DNA from: Callorhinchus milii
Taxonomy: Eukaryota
Assembly (NCBI RefSeq): GCF_018977255.1
Contig: NW_024704743.1
Coordinates: 9,798,001 to 9,862,000, forward strand
Direction: 5' to 3'
DNA: 64,000 nucleotides
Shown here: piece after piece, positions 51,560-64,000 of the stretch
Layout: each line of letters starts with the position of its first letter
Position numbering within the stretch: position 1 is the first letter of the stretch
Translations under genes and position numbers: made by a program
Notes under the pieces: generated by a model
The model's database searches: none
Told to the model about the DNA's origin: nothing
The model's input: only the letters and a program-made list of their open reading frames with translations

Positions 51560-53354
51560 GGACCACCACTTCATCTCCCTCAACACCTCCGTACCCCTTC
51601 TCCTTTCTCAACCTCCACCATCACATACCGTCCGTAGAAAAAAATTTCTTCCCTCTCCACTGCCCTGGAGTCATCTGAACTCCTACACCTCTGGCCCTCC
51701 CTGACCGATCTCCCCTCCTCGCTCTCTTTTCTCCACAACTCCCTCTCCTCCATTCTGGACTCCCTTGCCCCTCTCACCTCCCAAACTGCCTCATACTTAC
51801 GTAAATTCTCCTGGTATACCAGCCACCTCTGTTCCCTCAAGGCACAAATGCGAGCTTCCGAACGCGCCGGGACCAAATCCAAACTACCCGTCCATCGGCA
51901 GATTTGGCTTCACCATACCAAGACCTACCCCTGCGCTCTTGGCTCTGCCAAAACCTCCTTCTACTCCAAGGTTATCTTGGAGGCAAAGGACAACCCCAGG
52001 CTTCTCTTTTCCACCACAAACCATCTCCTCCATCCATCTTCCCACGCTTCGCCCATCCTCTCCTCAAACTCCAACTGTGAGGAGATGCTGGATTTCCTTG
52101 AATCCAAAATCGACAGGATACATTCAGCCACCTCTGCCCTGCCAATCGCCACCTCATCACCTCTCCCTCATGATCCACCCATCCCCCCTTATACTCCTTC
52201 GACCCTATCTCTCCTCTCTCACCGCCAATTTTCACAAACTCACCACCTGCTCCCTCGATCCCATCCCCACCTCTCTCCTCATCCTCCAGTTCCACCTTCT
52301 GGCCCCTCTCTTGTCCGACGTCATCAACCTCTCCTTGTCCACCGGTTCAGTTCCCATCCCCCTAAAAACAGCCGTCATCACCCCCAGACTGAAAAAACCT
52401 TCCCTGGACCCATCCCTCCTCTCCAGCTACCGCCCCATTTCTAACCTCCATTCCTCTCCAAGGTACTGGAACGAGTCGTCGCGTCCCAGCTCCGCTCCTT
52501 TCTTTCTCGCCATTCCCTCTTTGAACCCCTCCAATCCGGCTTCCGCGCTGCCCATAGCACGGAAACAGCCCTGGTCAAAGTTACTTATGACATTCTGAAC
52601 ATCTATAATAATAATAATACTTGCATTTGATATAGTGCTTTTCACGTCTTCTAGACGTCTCAAAGCGCTTCACAGAATATACTGTAAAGTGAATTAACTG
52701 TATGCTTGTGGGAGAAATGCAGCAAAGCCAATTGCGCACAGCAGTGTCCCACAAACATTTGTGGATTGAAAATGACCAATTTATTATTGTTTTGTTTTGG
52801 AGGGATTATTATTAGGCGTGTGGAGTAAGGAAACTTGCCCAAGGTTTTGCCCTGCCTGGAATTGAACGCAGGTGTCTCGCTTGTAAGGCGAGTGCTCTAA
52901 CCACTGAATTACAGGACTCCACAGATCACATCTGTGATCAGGGCTCCCTCTGCCTCCTTTTCCTCCTCGTCCTCTCTGCCGCCTTCGACACTGTTGACAA
53001 CTCCATCCTCATACACCGCCTCTCCTCTTTACTTAACCTTCTTGGACCTGCCCTTGCCTGGATTGAATCCTATCTCTCTCACTGTCTCCACTTTGTTGCC
53101 TCTAATGGTTTCTTCTCCAGTCCCCAATACAGTACTGTCACGTTTGGCGTCCCCCAGGGCTCTGTCCTTGGCCCTCTTCTCTTTAATATCTACATACTCC
53201 CCCTTGGTGACATGAGGTCAACTTCCATATGTATGCGGATGACACCCAACTCTATCTTTCTGCCTCCATCTTCAACTCCAGGACCACTGGTGTCCTGACA
53301 GACTGCCTGTCAGACATCAAGTCCTGGATGAGGGCAAATTTCCTACAGTTGAAC
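51560..53354 (+). mobile_element. Older L2 copy, first part (interrupted by a SINE at 52605-52920)
   Basis: [32 protein letters not shown] and YADDTQLY in fragments; ends at ...FLQLN. Confidence 0.9.
52605..52920 (-). mobile_element. tRNA-Ala SINE, short subfamily, inserted in L2 RT
   Basis: TSD ACATCT at 52599-52604 and 52928-52933. Confidence 0.93.
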
Positions 53355-53718
53355 AACAAAACAACAACAACAAAATTACATTTATAGAGGAATTTATACA
53401 TTTCACGTCGAGAGGACAACCCAAAGCGCTGAACAGTCAGGTATCGGTGCCTGAGCATGGGGGAGGGGGGTTGGTGCAGGGGTGAGGGAAGGCAGAGAGG
53501 TGGGAGGGAGACCAAAGGCACGATCGAAGAGAAAGGTCTTGAGACCGACCTTGAAGGAGGCAAGGGAGGAAGCAATGCGAAGGGACCGTGGGATGGAGTT
53601 CCAAAGTGTGGGGGCAGAGAGGCTGAAAACCTGGCCACCGATGGTAGGGCGGGTCGGGCAGGAGACATGGAGCAGGCCGGAGCCCGATGAACGGAGGGAG
53701 CGGGCAGGTTGATAAGGA
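53355..53718 (-). mobile_element. 3' end of an antisense L2 inserted into the older L2
   Basis: (TTG)n tail, 3' stem-loop remnant and C-terminal coding sequence on the minus strand. Confidence 0.88.
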
Positions 53719-55688
53719 GATCACCCGGGGCCTCAGTGTCTCGGATGTCACTGTCACTGACAAGGCCATCTCCGACCACCACTTCATCTCCTTCACCACC
53801 TCCACCCCCCTCCCCACCTCCACCAGACCCACCACCATCTTCTACCGCCCCTGGAAGAAGTTACCCCCACAATCCCTAACCGCTGCCTTGGAGTCCTCTG
53901 AACTCCTCTCCCTCTGGCCTTCAACTCTCACTGACCCCTCTTCTCCTCTCACCCTCCTCCACAACACCCTCTCCTCCACACTTGATACTCTTGCCCCCAT
54001 CACCTCCCATACTGTCTCGTACTCTCGCTCCTCCCCCTGGTTCACCACCCACCTCCGCTAACTGAAGAGCCAAGTGCAGGCCGCTGAACGCACCTGCGTC
54101 AAACCGACAAACCTGGCTGGACCTCCTCAAAATCTACCGCTCCACTCTAGCCTCGGCCAAGTCGTCCTTCTACTCCAGGATAATCCTGGAGGCGAAGAAC
54201 AACCCCAGGCTACTGTTTTCTACCACATCCCGTCCCCCCTGCCACCCCGCGCAGGTCATCTCCTCCAACCTTCACTGCGAGGAGATGCTGGATTTCCTTG
54301 AATCCAAAATCAAGGGAATTCGCTCCGCGGTCACTTCCCCTCCAACATCCATCCACCCCACCCCCTCCCTCCCACACTCCGACTCCTACCCATCCTCCCC
54401 TACACACTTTCGTACCCGTTTCCCCATCCTCTGTCACCAAACTCATCCTATCCCTGAAACCCACCACCTGCTCCCTTGACCCCATCCCCACTCCACTCCT
54501 TATCTCCCAGCTCCACCTCCTTGCCCCACATATCACAGACATCGTCAACCTGTCCCTCTCCTCTGGCTCTGTTCCCATTCCCTTAAAAACTGCCACCATC
54601 ACTCCCACCTTGAAAAACCCTTCCTTGATGCGTCGCAGCTATCAAGCTACCGGCCCATCTCCAACCTCCCCTTCCTGTCCAAGGTCCTGGAACGAGTTGT
54701 CGCCTCCCAGCTGCGCTCTTTCCTCTCCACCCATTCATTATTCGAACCCCTTCAGTCGGGTTTCCGTGCTGCCCATAGCACAGAAACTGCCCTGGTCAAG
54801 GTCACCAATGACATCCTGACCATCTGTGACCAGGGCTCCCTCTGCCTCCTCGTCCTCCTCGACCTATCGGCAGCATTCGATACGGTCGACCACGCTATCC
54901 TCCTCCACCGCTTGTCCTCCCACCTCAACCTTCAAGGCCCTGTCCTTGAGTGGTTTAGGTCGTACCTCTCCCACCGTCTTCACTTTGTTTCCACGAATGG
55001 CTTTTCCTCCGCCCCCGCACTGTCTCGTGCGGTGTCCCTCAGGGCTCTGTCCTCGGTCCCCTCCTCTTCACCCTCTATATGCTCCCCCTTGGTGACATCA
55101 TCCGCAGACATGGGGTTAACTTCCACATGTATGCGGATGACACCCAACTCTACCTTTCCTCCTCTACCCTCAACTCCACGACCACCGATGTCCTGACAGC
55201 TGCCTGTCCGACATCGAGTCCTGGACGAGAGATAACTTTCTTCAGCTCAACGTGCGCAAAACTGAGGCCCTCCTGATTGGCTCGCGTCAGCGCCTCCGCA
55301 CCTCAGGCGCTGACAGCATCAGCATCCAAGGCTGCACTCTCCACCTCTCAAAGCCAGTCAGGAACCTCGGGGTTCTGTTCGACCCTGAGCTGTCCTTTCT
55401 CCCTCATATCCGCGCCACAACTGGCACCGCCTTCCATCACCTCCGGAATATCGCCAGACTACGGCACTACCTCACCCCTCACGCTGCTGAAACTCTGGTC
55501 CACGCCTTTATCACCTCAAGGCTGGACTATGGGAACTCTCTCCTCGTCGGCCTTCCCGGCACCTCCCTCCACAAGCTGCAGGTCATTCAGAACTCTGCAG
55601 CTCGTGTACTGTCCCGCACCAGGCTTCGCGACCACATCACTCCCACCCTCGCTCGCCTCCACTGGCTCCTCATCCCCCAGAGGATCGA
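53719..55688 (+). mobile_element. Young L2 internal fragment (~1.97 kb) lacking both 5' end and 3' tail
   Basis: Near-identical to 16430-18420 in inverted orientation, from [10 protein letters not shown] to LHWLLIPQRI; several small indels. Confidence 0.93.
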
Positions 55689-55691
55689 TTT

Positions 55692-56160
55692 ATTCAGTAG
55701 CCTGAGCGGTGAGGCAGTGACGGAGTCTGGCCATTTTGCGAGGTGGTGGTAGGCAGTGCCGGTCATGGCACGGATGTGGGGGAGAAAGGACAGTGCGGGT
55801 CAAACAAGACACCCAGGTTCCTGACTGGCTTATTGAGGTTGAGTGAGCAGCCGTGGAGGCTGATGCTGCCAGTGCCTGAGGTGCGGAGGCGCTGGCGGGA
55901 GCCAATCAGGGGGGCCTTGGTCTTGCTGACATTGAGTTGGAAAAAGTTGTCCCTTGTCCAGGACTTGATGTCGGACAGGCAGTCGGTCAGGACGTCAGTA
56001 ATAATAATAAGTAGTCCTGGAGTTCAGGGTGGATGCAGAGAGATAGATTTGGGTGTCATCCGCATACATGTAGAAATTTACCCCATGTCTGCGGATGATG
56101 TCACCAAGGGGAAGCATGTAGAGGGTGAAGAGGAGGGGACCGAGGACAGAGCCCTGAGGA
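55692..56160 (-). mobile_element. Body of the antisense L2 (5'-truncated at PQGSVLGP)
   Basis: ORF 55995-56201 carries [37 protein letters not shown] and continues to RLRHCLTAQATE. Confidence 0.88.
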
Positions 56161-56162
56161 TG

Positions 56163-56850
56163 TGAATGTGAACAAGACTGAGACCCTCCCGATTGGCTCA
56201 CGCCAGCACCTCTGCACCTCAGGCTCTGGCAGCATCAACCTCCATGGTTGCACACTAGAACTCACCAAGCCAGTCAGGAACCTAGGTGTTTTGTTCGACC
56301 CTCAACTGTCTTTTCTTTCCCACATCCAAGCCATGGCCCCTCTGCCTTCCCTCACCTCCGTAACATCGCCCGACTCCGCCACTACCTCACCCCTCAGGCC
56401 GCGGAAACTCTTTTTCATGCCTTCATCACCTCCAGGCTCAACTATGCAAACACACTGCTTGTCAGCCTTCCCAACTCCTCCCTCCACAGGCTGCAGATAA
56501 TCCAGAACTCTGCAGCCCGTGTCCTCTCCCGCACCAAACTCCGTGATCCCATCCCCCCATTCTCACCCGACTCCATTGGCTCCCTATCCTTCAGAGGATC
56601 CAGTTCAAGATCCTGGTCCTCACCTACAAAGCCCTCCATGGCCTCGCCCCACCCTACCTCTGCGACCTCCTAACCCCCTACCAACCCGCTCGCTTCCTCC
56701 GCTCAGCCGGCTCTGGCCTGCCCCACGTCCCCCGACCCACCCACCCCACCATTGGCGGGAGAACCTTCAGCCACTCTGCCCCCAACCGCTGGAATTCCAT
56801 CCCCCAATCACTCCGCCTCGCCCCCTCCTTGCACTTGAAAGGCACATCTT
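56163..56850 (+). mobile_element. Older L2 copy, second part (continuation of 51560-53354)
   Basis: Resumes at NVNKTE exactly where the first part stopped (FLQLN); [24 protein letters not shown]. Confidence 0.85.
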
Positions 56851-58019
56851 TGTAGCCTTTGTAGAAACAGCACCATTTGGGTATAACTTACTGCAATGTA
56901 ATAAATAATCTTGACCTACAAGATTCCTTTCAAGTCAATTACTTGTTGGCCATATAACCTGGTGCTGGCTTAGGGTTGAATCTTGGGCTGAATTGTGTTC
57001 ATTCATAATTGTCCAATTACAGTTGCTTCTGAAAGTGAGAATGAACGATACTCAGTGAGATTTACAAAGATATACAAACAATGTGCTGCATGGAAACAGG
57101 CCATGTGGCCCACCAGTTGCTGCCAGTGTTAATATACTCCCAAGGCTTCACCTCTCCTTACTCCCTCCCATACCAATATCTATTCTCTTCTTGTTCATGT
57201 GTATATCTAGCTTCCTCTGAAATGGATCTATACTATCTGCCTCAATCACTGCTTTGGGCAGCGGGTTTCACAATCTCACTACCCTCTCCACGAAGTTGTG
57301 CCTCCTAAATTGTTTTTTACGTCCCCTGTTTGTGTTCCCAATGGTTATGCTAACCTCATGGAACCCTTTTATAAAATTGCGAGTCAAAAAGCGTCAATGT
57401 GGGGAATAAATCGACAAAACTTTTGTTCTTCTCACTTTGCTAAATCAAATCCCCCCGCCAAGTTGAGGTGGTGACCTCTCACTTGCAATCAAATCTGCTA
57501 TGAGCATTTCCATACATTTATCAGAAATGAAATGAATAGCACATGTATAATTAGGGTTGTTGGCAGGCCAGATTTTCAATTACAATGCAGTTTCATCCAA
57601 GTGAAAGAGAGGCCCTTTGCAAGTTATAATAATAAATAATAATAATCCGTACATTTGCAAATCCTTGCACAGTTGCAAGTTTTCAACTCCAGTGTTCCCA
57701 CCCTGACCCTGAGACCAGCTTGATTCAGAAAGAGGATTACATGACTCCTCCAAATGGAGGATTTGGAACAATCATGTAGTAGCCCCTCCCTGGCCAGTCA
57801 ACCCTGCCTCTCCCAGAATACTCGTACCATCTTACCAAAGCCACCCCCAGGGAAAGGCATGGCATTAATATTAGCTGAAACTATTAACACATGCACAAGC
57901 TTTGCACTTGATTCCTTTCTTTAGAAGACATTACTTTGAATATTAAGGACATGAGCAACGGGGGATTAGGATTAAAGGTGTTAGCTCTGCTTGAGCAGCC
58001 ACCACCAGCTCTAGCTCGA

Positions 58020-58400
58020 TAATAATAATAGTCCTTGCATTTGATGCCTTATGTGGTCAAAATGCCTCAAAGCGTTTCACAGGATTTACTGTAGAGTCCA
58101 AAAACTATATTTGTGGGGGCCAAGTTGCTCAAATCAGTGTCCCACAAGCAACCATGAAGTGAATGACAGATTTTATTTAAGGGATTGTTGAATAGGATAC
58201 CTGGATCTTTTAACGGCCACTCGAACAGGTGAACGGGACCGCGGGTTAATATCTCATTCGAAAGACACACTCTGACAACCAATGCTTTCCCCAGTGATGC
58301 GTTGGAGCATCAGTCCAATCTACAATCTCAAACATTATTATTATTATTGTACACCACAATTTTCTGACTTGGAGGCGAGAGTACTACTAACTGAGCCAGG
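58020..58400 (-). mobile_element. Old long Deu-type SINE
   Basis: Tail, GGATCTTTAACGGCCAC body and GAGGCGAGAGTACTACTAACTGAGCC head. Confidence 0.75.
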
Positions 58401-59047
58401 CTTACTTTCGGTGCTACAGTTTTGTATGATTCTGTGAAGAAGAAACAAAAAGCTATTTTTACAGGGATTTGGACCTGCCGAAATATCTAATTTCAACTGG
58501 GTTTTGAAAAGTGTTTAATGATGTGAATTAGGAAATAATGATGGTATTCATACCATTAATTATTTCTGCTGCTTAAAGTTGTGGTAATTTTAATTGAAAT
58601 TTAATTAAAGATTAACCCTGTGTAATTCCCATTACTGAAGATTTGGTGTCAGCTGCAGTAAAGGTATTTTTGGTTGCTTCTATCAGCTGAACTCAAGTTT
58701 GTATTCATTTTTCTTGGATCAATATATTTTATTTTAAAATAAAGATAGTTTCCTGCTTAATTTTTCTCTGCCAATTTCGCTCCATGTCTTTTGACTCCTC
58801 TTTTCCTCATGTACTCTGGAACTCACTTTGCGATCACAGTAATTACGGCAGTCACCAGAGGCTTCAAATAATAATAATCATAACAATAATACATCCAGTT
58901 AATATCACCTATAAAATATGCAGTTATTACACTTTACAGTAAAATGCTGTGATGTGCTTTGAGACGGCTTCCCTGCATGAAAAGAGCTTGATCAAATGTA
59001 AGGTTAATTGAATTCCCCCATTATTATTATTATTATCATTATCACTA

Positions 59048-60430
59048 CTCAGTTGGTTTTGCATCTTTCTGAAATCTGTTTGCAGATTTGCTCATCTATC
59101 TCCTTCCCACTGTTTGGTGGTCTATAGTATACACCTAACAGAGTAACAGCTCCTTTTTTGCTCCTTAACTCTAACCAAATAGATTCTGTTTAGCACATCG
59201 TCCCTTTCCAGGGTCGTAACCGTGTCTTGAATCAATATTACCACTACCCCTCCTTTTTTTCTTTCCCTATCCCTCCTGAATACATTGTAGCCAGGAATAA
59301 TCAGCTCCCATTCCTGCCCTTGTTTGAGCCAGGTCTCTGTTATTGCCACTGCATCATAACCCCATGTGGCAACTTGAGCCGCAGCTCACCAATTTTATTT
59401 GTCACACTCAGTACATTTGCGCATACGCACTCCAAGACCGACTGAGTCTGGTCTGTATTTCTCCCCCATCTAATCCCTCTTTTTTCTGGATTACTCCTTA
59501 TTACGTTGCTATTCGTCTCTCTCAGCCCTCTATGTAACTTGTTTTCCTCTCTAATGCTACATGCTGATTCCCTTCCCCCCTCAAAATTAGTTTAAACCCT
59601 TCCCCACAGCACTGGTTAGCCTCCCTATGAGGACATTGGTCCCAGCCCTGTTCAGGTGTAACCCATCCACCTTGTACAGATCCCTACTGCCCCAGAACTG
59701 GTCCCAGTGATCCAGGAATCCGAAAACCCTCCTTTCTGTACCATTTCTCCAGCCATCCATTTATATATTTGATCCTGCTGTTTTAATACTCACTTGCACG
59801 AGGCACTGGGAGTAATCCAGAGATCACCACCATTGAGGTCCTATTCTTTAGCTTTTTCCCAGCTTCTGATACTCTCGCGGTAGGATCCCAGCCCTTTTTT
59901 CCCTGTGTCATGGATCCCAACATGGACCACGGCTTCTGGATGTTCTCCTCCTTGTAGAACGTTTTGCACCCGTTCCGTGATGTCTTCTTGGCACCAGAGA
60001 GGCAACATACCATGCGAGAGTCACGTCTTTGGTTCCAGAAATGCCTGTCTACTGCTTTCATCATTGTGTCCCCAATTACAATTGCATTGACACTCCTACC
60101 TGTCCCCTCCTGTGCATCCATTTGCTTTCGACTCCCTTCCCCAGAGGTTCATCAACTTGACCGGTATTCAGTGCAGAGAAGTGATTTGTGGGTGCCACAC
60201 TCTCAGGGGATTTCTGCTCTGCCTTGTCCCTCTTCCTACCATGCCGGGTGGTCATCCACTCACTCTTCTTCTGAACCCTCAGTGGCTGTGGGGTGACCAT
60301 CTCCTGAAACTCTGAGCTTAAGCACAAGCAGCCAGAGACACTTCCTTCACATGTGTCTATCCAGGGAACACAAAGCATCTTGGAGTTCCCACATGGCACA
60401 CAATGTGCATGCATCTCAGCTGCCCTGCCA
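59048..60430 (-). mobile_element. Degraded CR1 5' fragment (ORF1 esterase-like domain and start of ORF2 endonuclease)
   Basis: AIVIGDTMMK..RMVCCLSGA..VVISGLLPVPRAS resembles the SGNH-type ORF1 of CR1; AITETWLK..IPGYNVFRRDR..GGV is the APE start. Confidence 0.85.
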
Positions 60431-61685
60431 CATTCTCAGATATGTTTTATATTATTTTGATATAACTTAAATATTTTATAATTATGCACCTCTTTCCCAC
60501 TCTGCACCGAATTCCCACTCTCACCAAATTCCTTAACAGAATTTTCACTCTGTTCCACCTCACTCAGTTCTCTGCTCACGCTGCTGGGCTCTCTGCTAAG
60601 TGAGGCTACATGTCTTCCATTGCCTGCAGGGCCTCACAGGATTCATTGCAAAATGTAAGGGACTATGCATCCTGGAGGTGAAGCCACTGAAATCTTCAAG
60701 CCTAACAATTGTGTCAGAGTCAGAGGGCAGGTGTTGAGGGGAATAGTTCATTTTTATTAACATGTTTGACTCCAATTTTACTTGTCACCAGTGAGTGTTC
60801 ACTTTTCATCCCATTGTACTGTTGCACCTTGCTACTGTAACTTTTATTGGACAGTTTGTAGGGTTCCGAATGATATAGTATGATGCATGTAAAATATTTA
60901 TGTGTATAAAACTTTAAAGTTAATGGTTTAATACGTTTAAGTGACATTTTTTTCTCAGTCATGAGCCAATTAATTTAAAATGTTAATAAATATTATTGAA
61001 TTCCACTTATTTTAAAATAATCTTGGAAAATTAACATAACTTTAATCCCTGGCCTGTTAATTTGTAACATATAATCTTCTAGTAAATTTTGTAGGATATG
61101 CTTATTAATTTTAATATTCAATAATTAATTTTTATTAATTAGGAATTTAGGGGTAAAATTTTGCAGTGTTGCTTAAAATGTTCCTTGCGCTATTTAATAC
61201 AAGGAATGAATTCATTAAGGAATCCCATAGTTACAAATGTGCTTAGTGAACTGTGTGATGAAAGATGTTCCTCTGGTGGTCAGAGTATAAAGAATGATAA
61301 TAATAATTCTTGCATTTGATATAGCGCCTTATTACGTCTTTGAGACGTCTCAAAGTGCTTCACAGAATATACTGTAAAGTGAATTGACTATATTTTGTGC
61401 GTGAAACGCGGCAGCCAATTGCTCACCGCAGTGTCTCACAAACAGTCGTGGGTATATTTTGTGAGCTCTGTTTCAGCGCTAGACTTGAGGGGCCACACGG
61501 CCTTGTTTTGTTCAATACTTATAATCCTATAGTTCTGAACGTGTTCTGTTTCAGATGTAGAAAAACATGCGCAAAGAGTATTATCCCTCTGTCCCTTAAC
61601 CCAAGCATGTTATACCATACCAAACAATATGGCAGGCATTCTGTCCTGCAAATGAGCAAAGAATATTAGTGATTTTATAGAAGCG

Positions 61686-61965
61686 GGGCAAATTTTCTTA
61701 CTCCACACACACACATCTCTGTTTACCTAGAAGTAAGTAGGAACCCGCTGGTTAGTCGATTGGCAGATCGCTTTCCGTGGGTAATAATCCCTTCAAAATA
61801 ATAATAATAATAATAATAATTTGGTCACTCAACCCACGAGCAATTGACTGCCGCGTTTCACCCACAAAACATAGTCACTTCACTTTACAATGTATCCTGT
61901 GAAGTGCTTTGAGACGTCTCGAACACGTGATAAGACGCTATATCAACCGCAAGGATTATTTTATT
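61686..61965 (+). mobile_element. SINE long subfamily, 5'-truncated
   Basis: CTCTGTTTACCTAG..TAGGAACC..GATTGGCAGATCGC..tail. Confidence 0.85.
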
Positions 61966-62937
61966 TATAGTCAAAGTCAATACAGTCAATACTGGTCTAA
62001 GGCGGTAGATGGAGCCCATAAAATGCCACTCCGCCTTGTAATGGGGTACGCTTGAATGGCTGTTGGTCAACCTTTCTGGGTCGTGATATCACTGATCGAA
62101 TCACTAGTGATTACACAGAAAGTTGCGGCTGCTCTCGTGTTGTCCTCTGCTGGTCAGCGCTGCCAGGTGACAAACTGCCTGTGCCACTCCAGTAATGTGA
62201 GGATAGCATTTGAAGTGCGACGGGGGGATCTTGATTTTCAGATAAGAAAAAATCAGGATCCACGACCCAATGGCATTATAAGCAATCCTGCATTATCCCA
62301 TCTTGAGACCTACCTCTTCGACTGTGCCTAAAGTCACCTCCCTTTACCACCTTCGCTCTTGCTTCTTATCTTATTGCAGGTTTAAAGCAGCATTAAGTTA
62401 ACAGGAATCTAAACAGGTGAACTAGCGAATGAAGTGTAAGATTGCAAATAACTGTCATTCTGATCCTTTGAGCGTTTGTCTGATAAAAGCCTAGGATTGG
62501 AAATCATTAGAGGAACAATGAACCTCTTTATAAAAAAATGAACATTGGCAAAAGATGAATCATTGTTGGGGGAAAATAATAAAATGAGAATCACTGTTTT
62601 CTTATTTAAATTTTTCCTTTTCTGTTTCTCATGCAATTCTAATCATTTGAACATCAATCATTCAAACTCCTGTTGTATGGTTTAATATAAATTAACTTCA
62701 ACAGCATTATCAAAGTATTTTTTTATTTCAGAGAATTATTGGTTCTAATTGATACTACCTTTCCATTCGATTTCACATGCACAGCTGAGTATCCAGGTGC
62801 AGCCAGCTGGAAATAGGTCTTGGGTTTCTGTTACAAATAATAATCCTTGTTTTTGATATAGCTCCTTATCACTTGATCATTACCGTGTCAAAGCACTTCA
62901 CAGGATTTACTCTAAAGTACATTGACTGTAATAAGAA

Positions 62938-63292
62938 TCATAATAATCCTTGCATTTGATATAGTGCCCTATCACATCATAGAGACGTCTCAAAGTGCTT
63001 CACAGAATATATTGTAAAGTGGATTGACTATGTAGTTTGTGGGCGAAACGTGGCAGCCAATTGCGCACTGTGGTGTCCCACAAACAGTTGTGGATTGATT
63101 GACCAATGTTTTAAAATGGATTATTACTCCCGGAAAGCGACCCACCAATCGGTGAACAACCAGGTTCCTATTTACTGCTAGGTAAGCAGAGGCGTGTGGA
63201 GAAAGGAAACTTGCCTAAGATTTTGCCCTGCCCAAAAATCGAACCCGAGTTCTCTCTTGTGAGGTGAGCGCACTAACCATTATGGTATGGAA
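62938..63292 (-). mobile_element. tRNA-Ala SINE, long subfamily
   Basis: Head, CORE-like segment, Deu-like segment and tail on the minus strand. Confidence 0.88.
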
Positions 63293-64000
63293 CTGTATAT
63301 GTAGGTGAATGCAACGGCCAAATTGTACACAGCAATGTCCCACAAACAGACTGTTGGCCAGTATTCTGGGACAAACTCCTTTATTTCGAATAGTGTCAAA
63401 GGTTCTTTAACGTCTATCTGAACAGGCAGACGGAACCTCAGTTTTCATGTCTCATATAAAGGACGGCCCCTCTGACGAAGCAGTCCTTTCTCAGGACTTT
63501 ATTGCCTGCATGAGCAGTGCTTTTGGGGTTCCACCTATTGTGCCTATTGGTTTTTGATGGATTGGATGGGAGGGATATGCATCAAACCCGACCACTGAGC
63601 GGAGGGGGCGAGCAGGGCAATGGGTTCGGAGGAGATCGGAGAGATGATAAGATGCTACGGCATGGAAGGATTTCTAGGTGAGGACTTTGAAATTGATTTA
63701 CTGAAAGATACAATACCAGTGGAACCAAGTGAGGACTGAGATGATGAACATTCAGAGTTTGGTATGGGTGAGGGCGTAGGCTGTAGAGTTGGGGATAAGT
63801 CAAAGGTTATGCATTGGTAGACCCGAGGAGACCAGCGAGGAGTACATTAGAAATGTACAGCTAGGAGGTGACAAAAGCATGGCTCCAGTCAGATGCAGAG
63901 TAAAGCTCCATCTGCACTCTGCCAATATCTTTCAGCTGAACAGAGCTCCCTTCGCCCTCAGAGTGACATTTCATTTCCCCTGTGGCCTCTGTTAACTGAG

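Noticed and set aside
55692..56850. Twin-priming 5' inversion
   Set aside because: The two arms overlap the same L2 region and are diverged, so they are separate nested elements.
46590..60430. One CR1 element split by 10 kb of insertions
   Set aside because: Both pieces are on the same strand and in the right order, but the linking part is missing and the 5' piece is much more decayed; continuity cannot be supported.
313..63995. Numerous 60-140 aa ORFs, including recurring similar peptides
   Set aside because: They are translations of SINE copies, antisense or off-frame LINE sequence, or microsatellites.
1..64000. CRISPR array, prokaryotic operon or retron-type system
   Set aside because: There are no regularly spaced repeats or compact gene clusters; all RT motifs are L2 or CR1 type.

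Overview
This is vertebrate nuclear DNA. The repeat spectrum (L2 and CR1 LINEs, Deu-type SINEs, a tRNA-Ala SINE with (ATT)n tails) suggests a cartilaginous fish, possibly a chimaera; that assignment is inference. The window is dominated by transposable elements and looks intronic or intergenic. I could not identify a host protein-coding gene, and every long ORF is LINE-derived. Main contents: (1) a near full-length ~3.7 kb single-ORF L2 LINE (15982-~19650, minus) with a motif-dense CpG-rich 5' end; (2) two multi-layer L2 stacks (25.7-30.4 kb and 51.6-56.8 kb), in each of which about 2 kb of tail-less young L2 sequence replaces part of an older L2, one patch carrying a 740-bp solo LTR; (3) a CR1 RT fragment and a CR1 ORF1/endonuclease fragment; (4) many copies of a young tRNA-Ala SINE (tRNA head, CORE-like segment, Deu-like segment, L2-type 3' stem-loop) and older long Deu-type SINEs; (5) two small DNA-transposon MITEs; (6) several local template-switch duplications and inversions. 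I found no convincing new gene system. The most interesting signals concern retroelement biology and repair junctions. Boundaries of old repeats were read by eye and are approximate.
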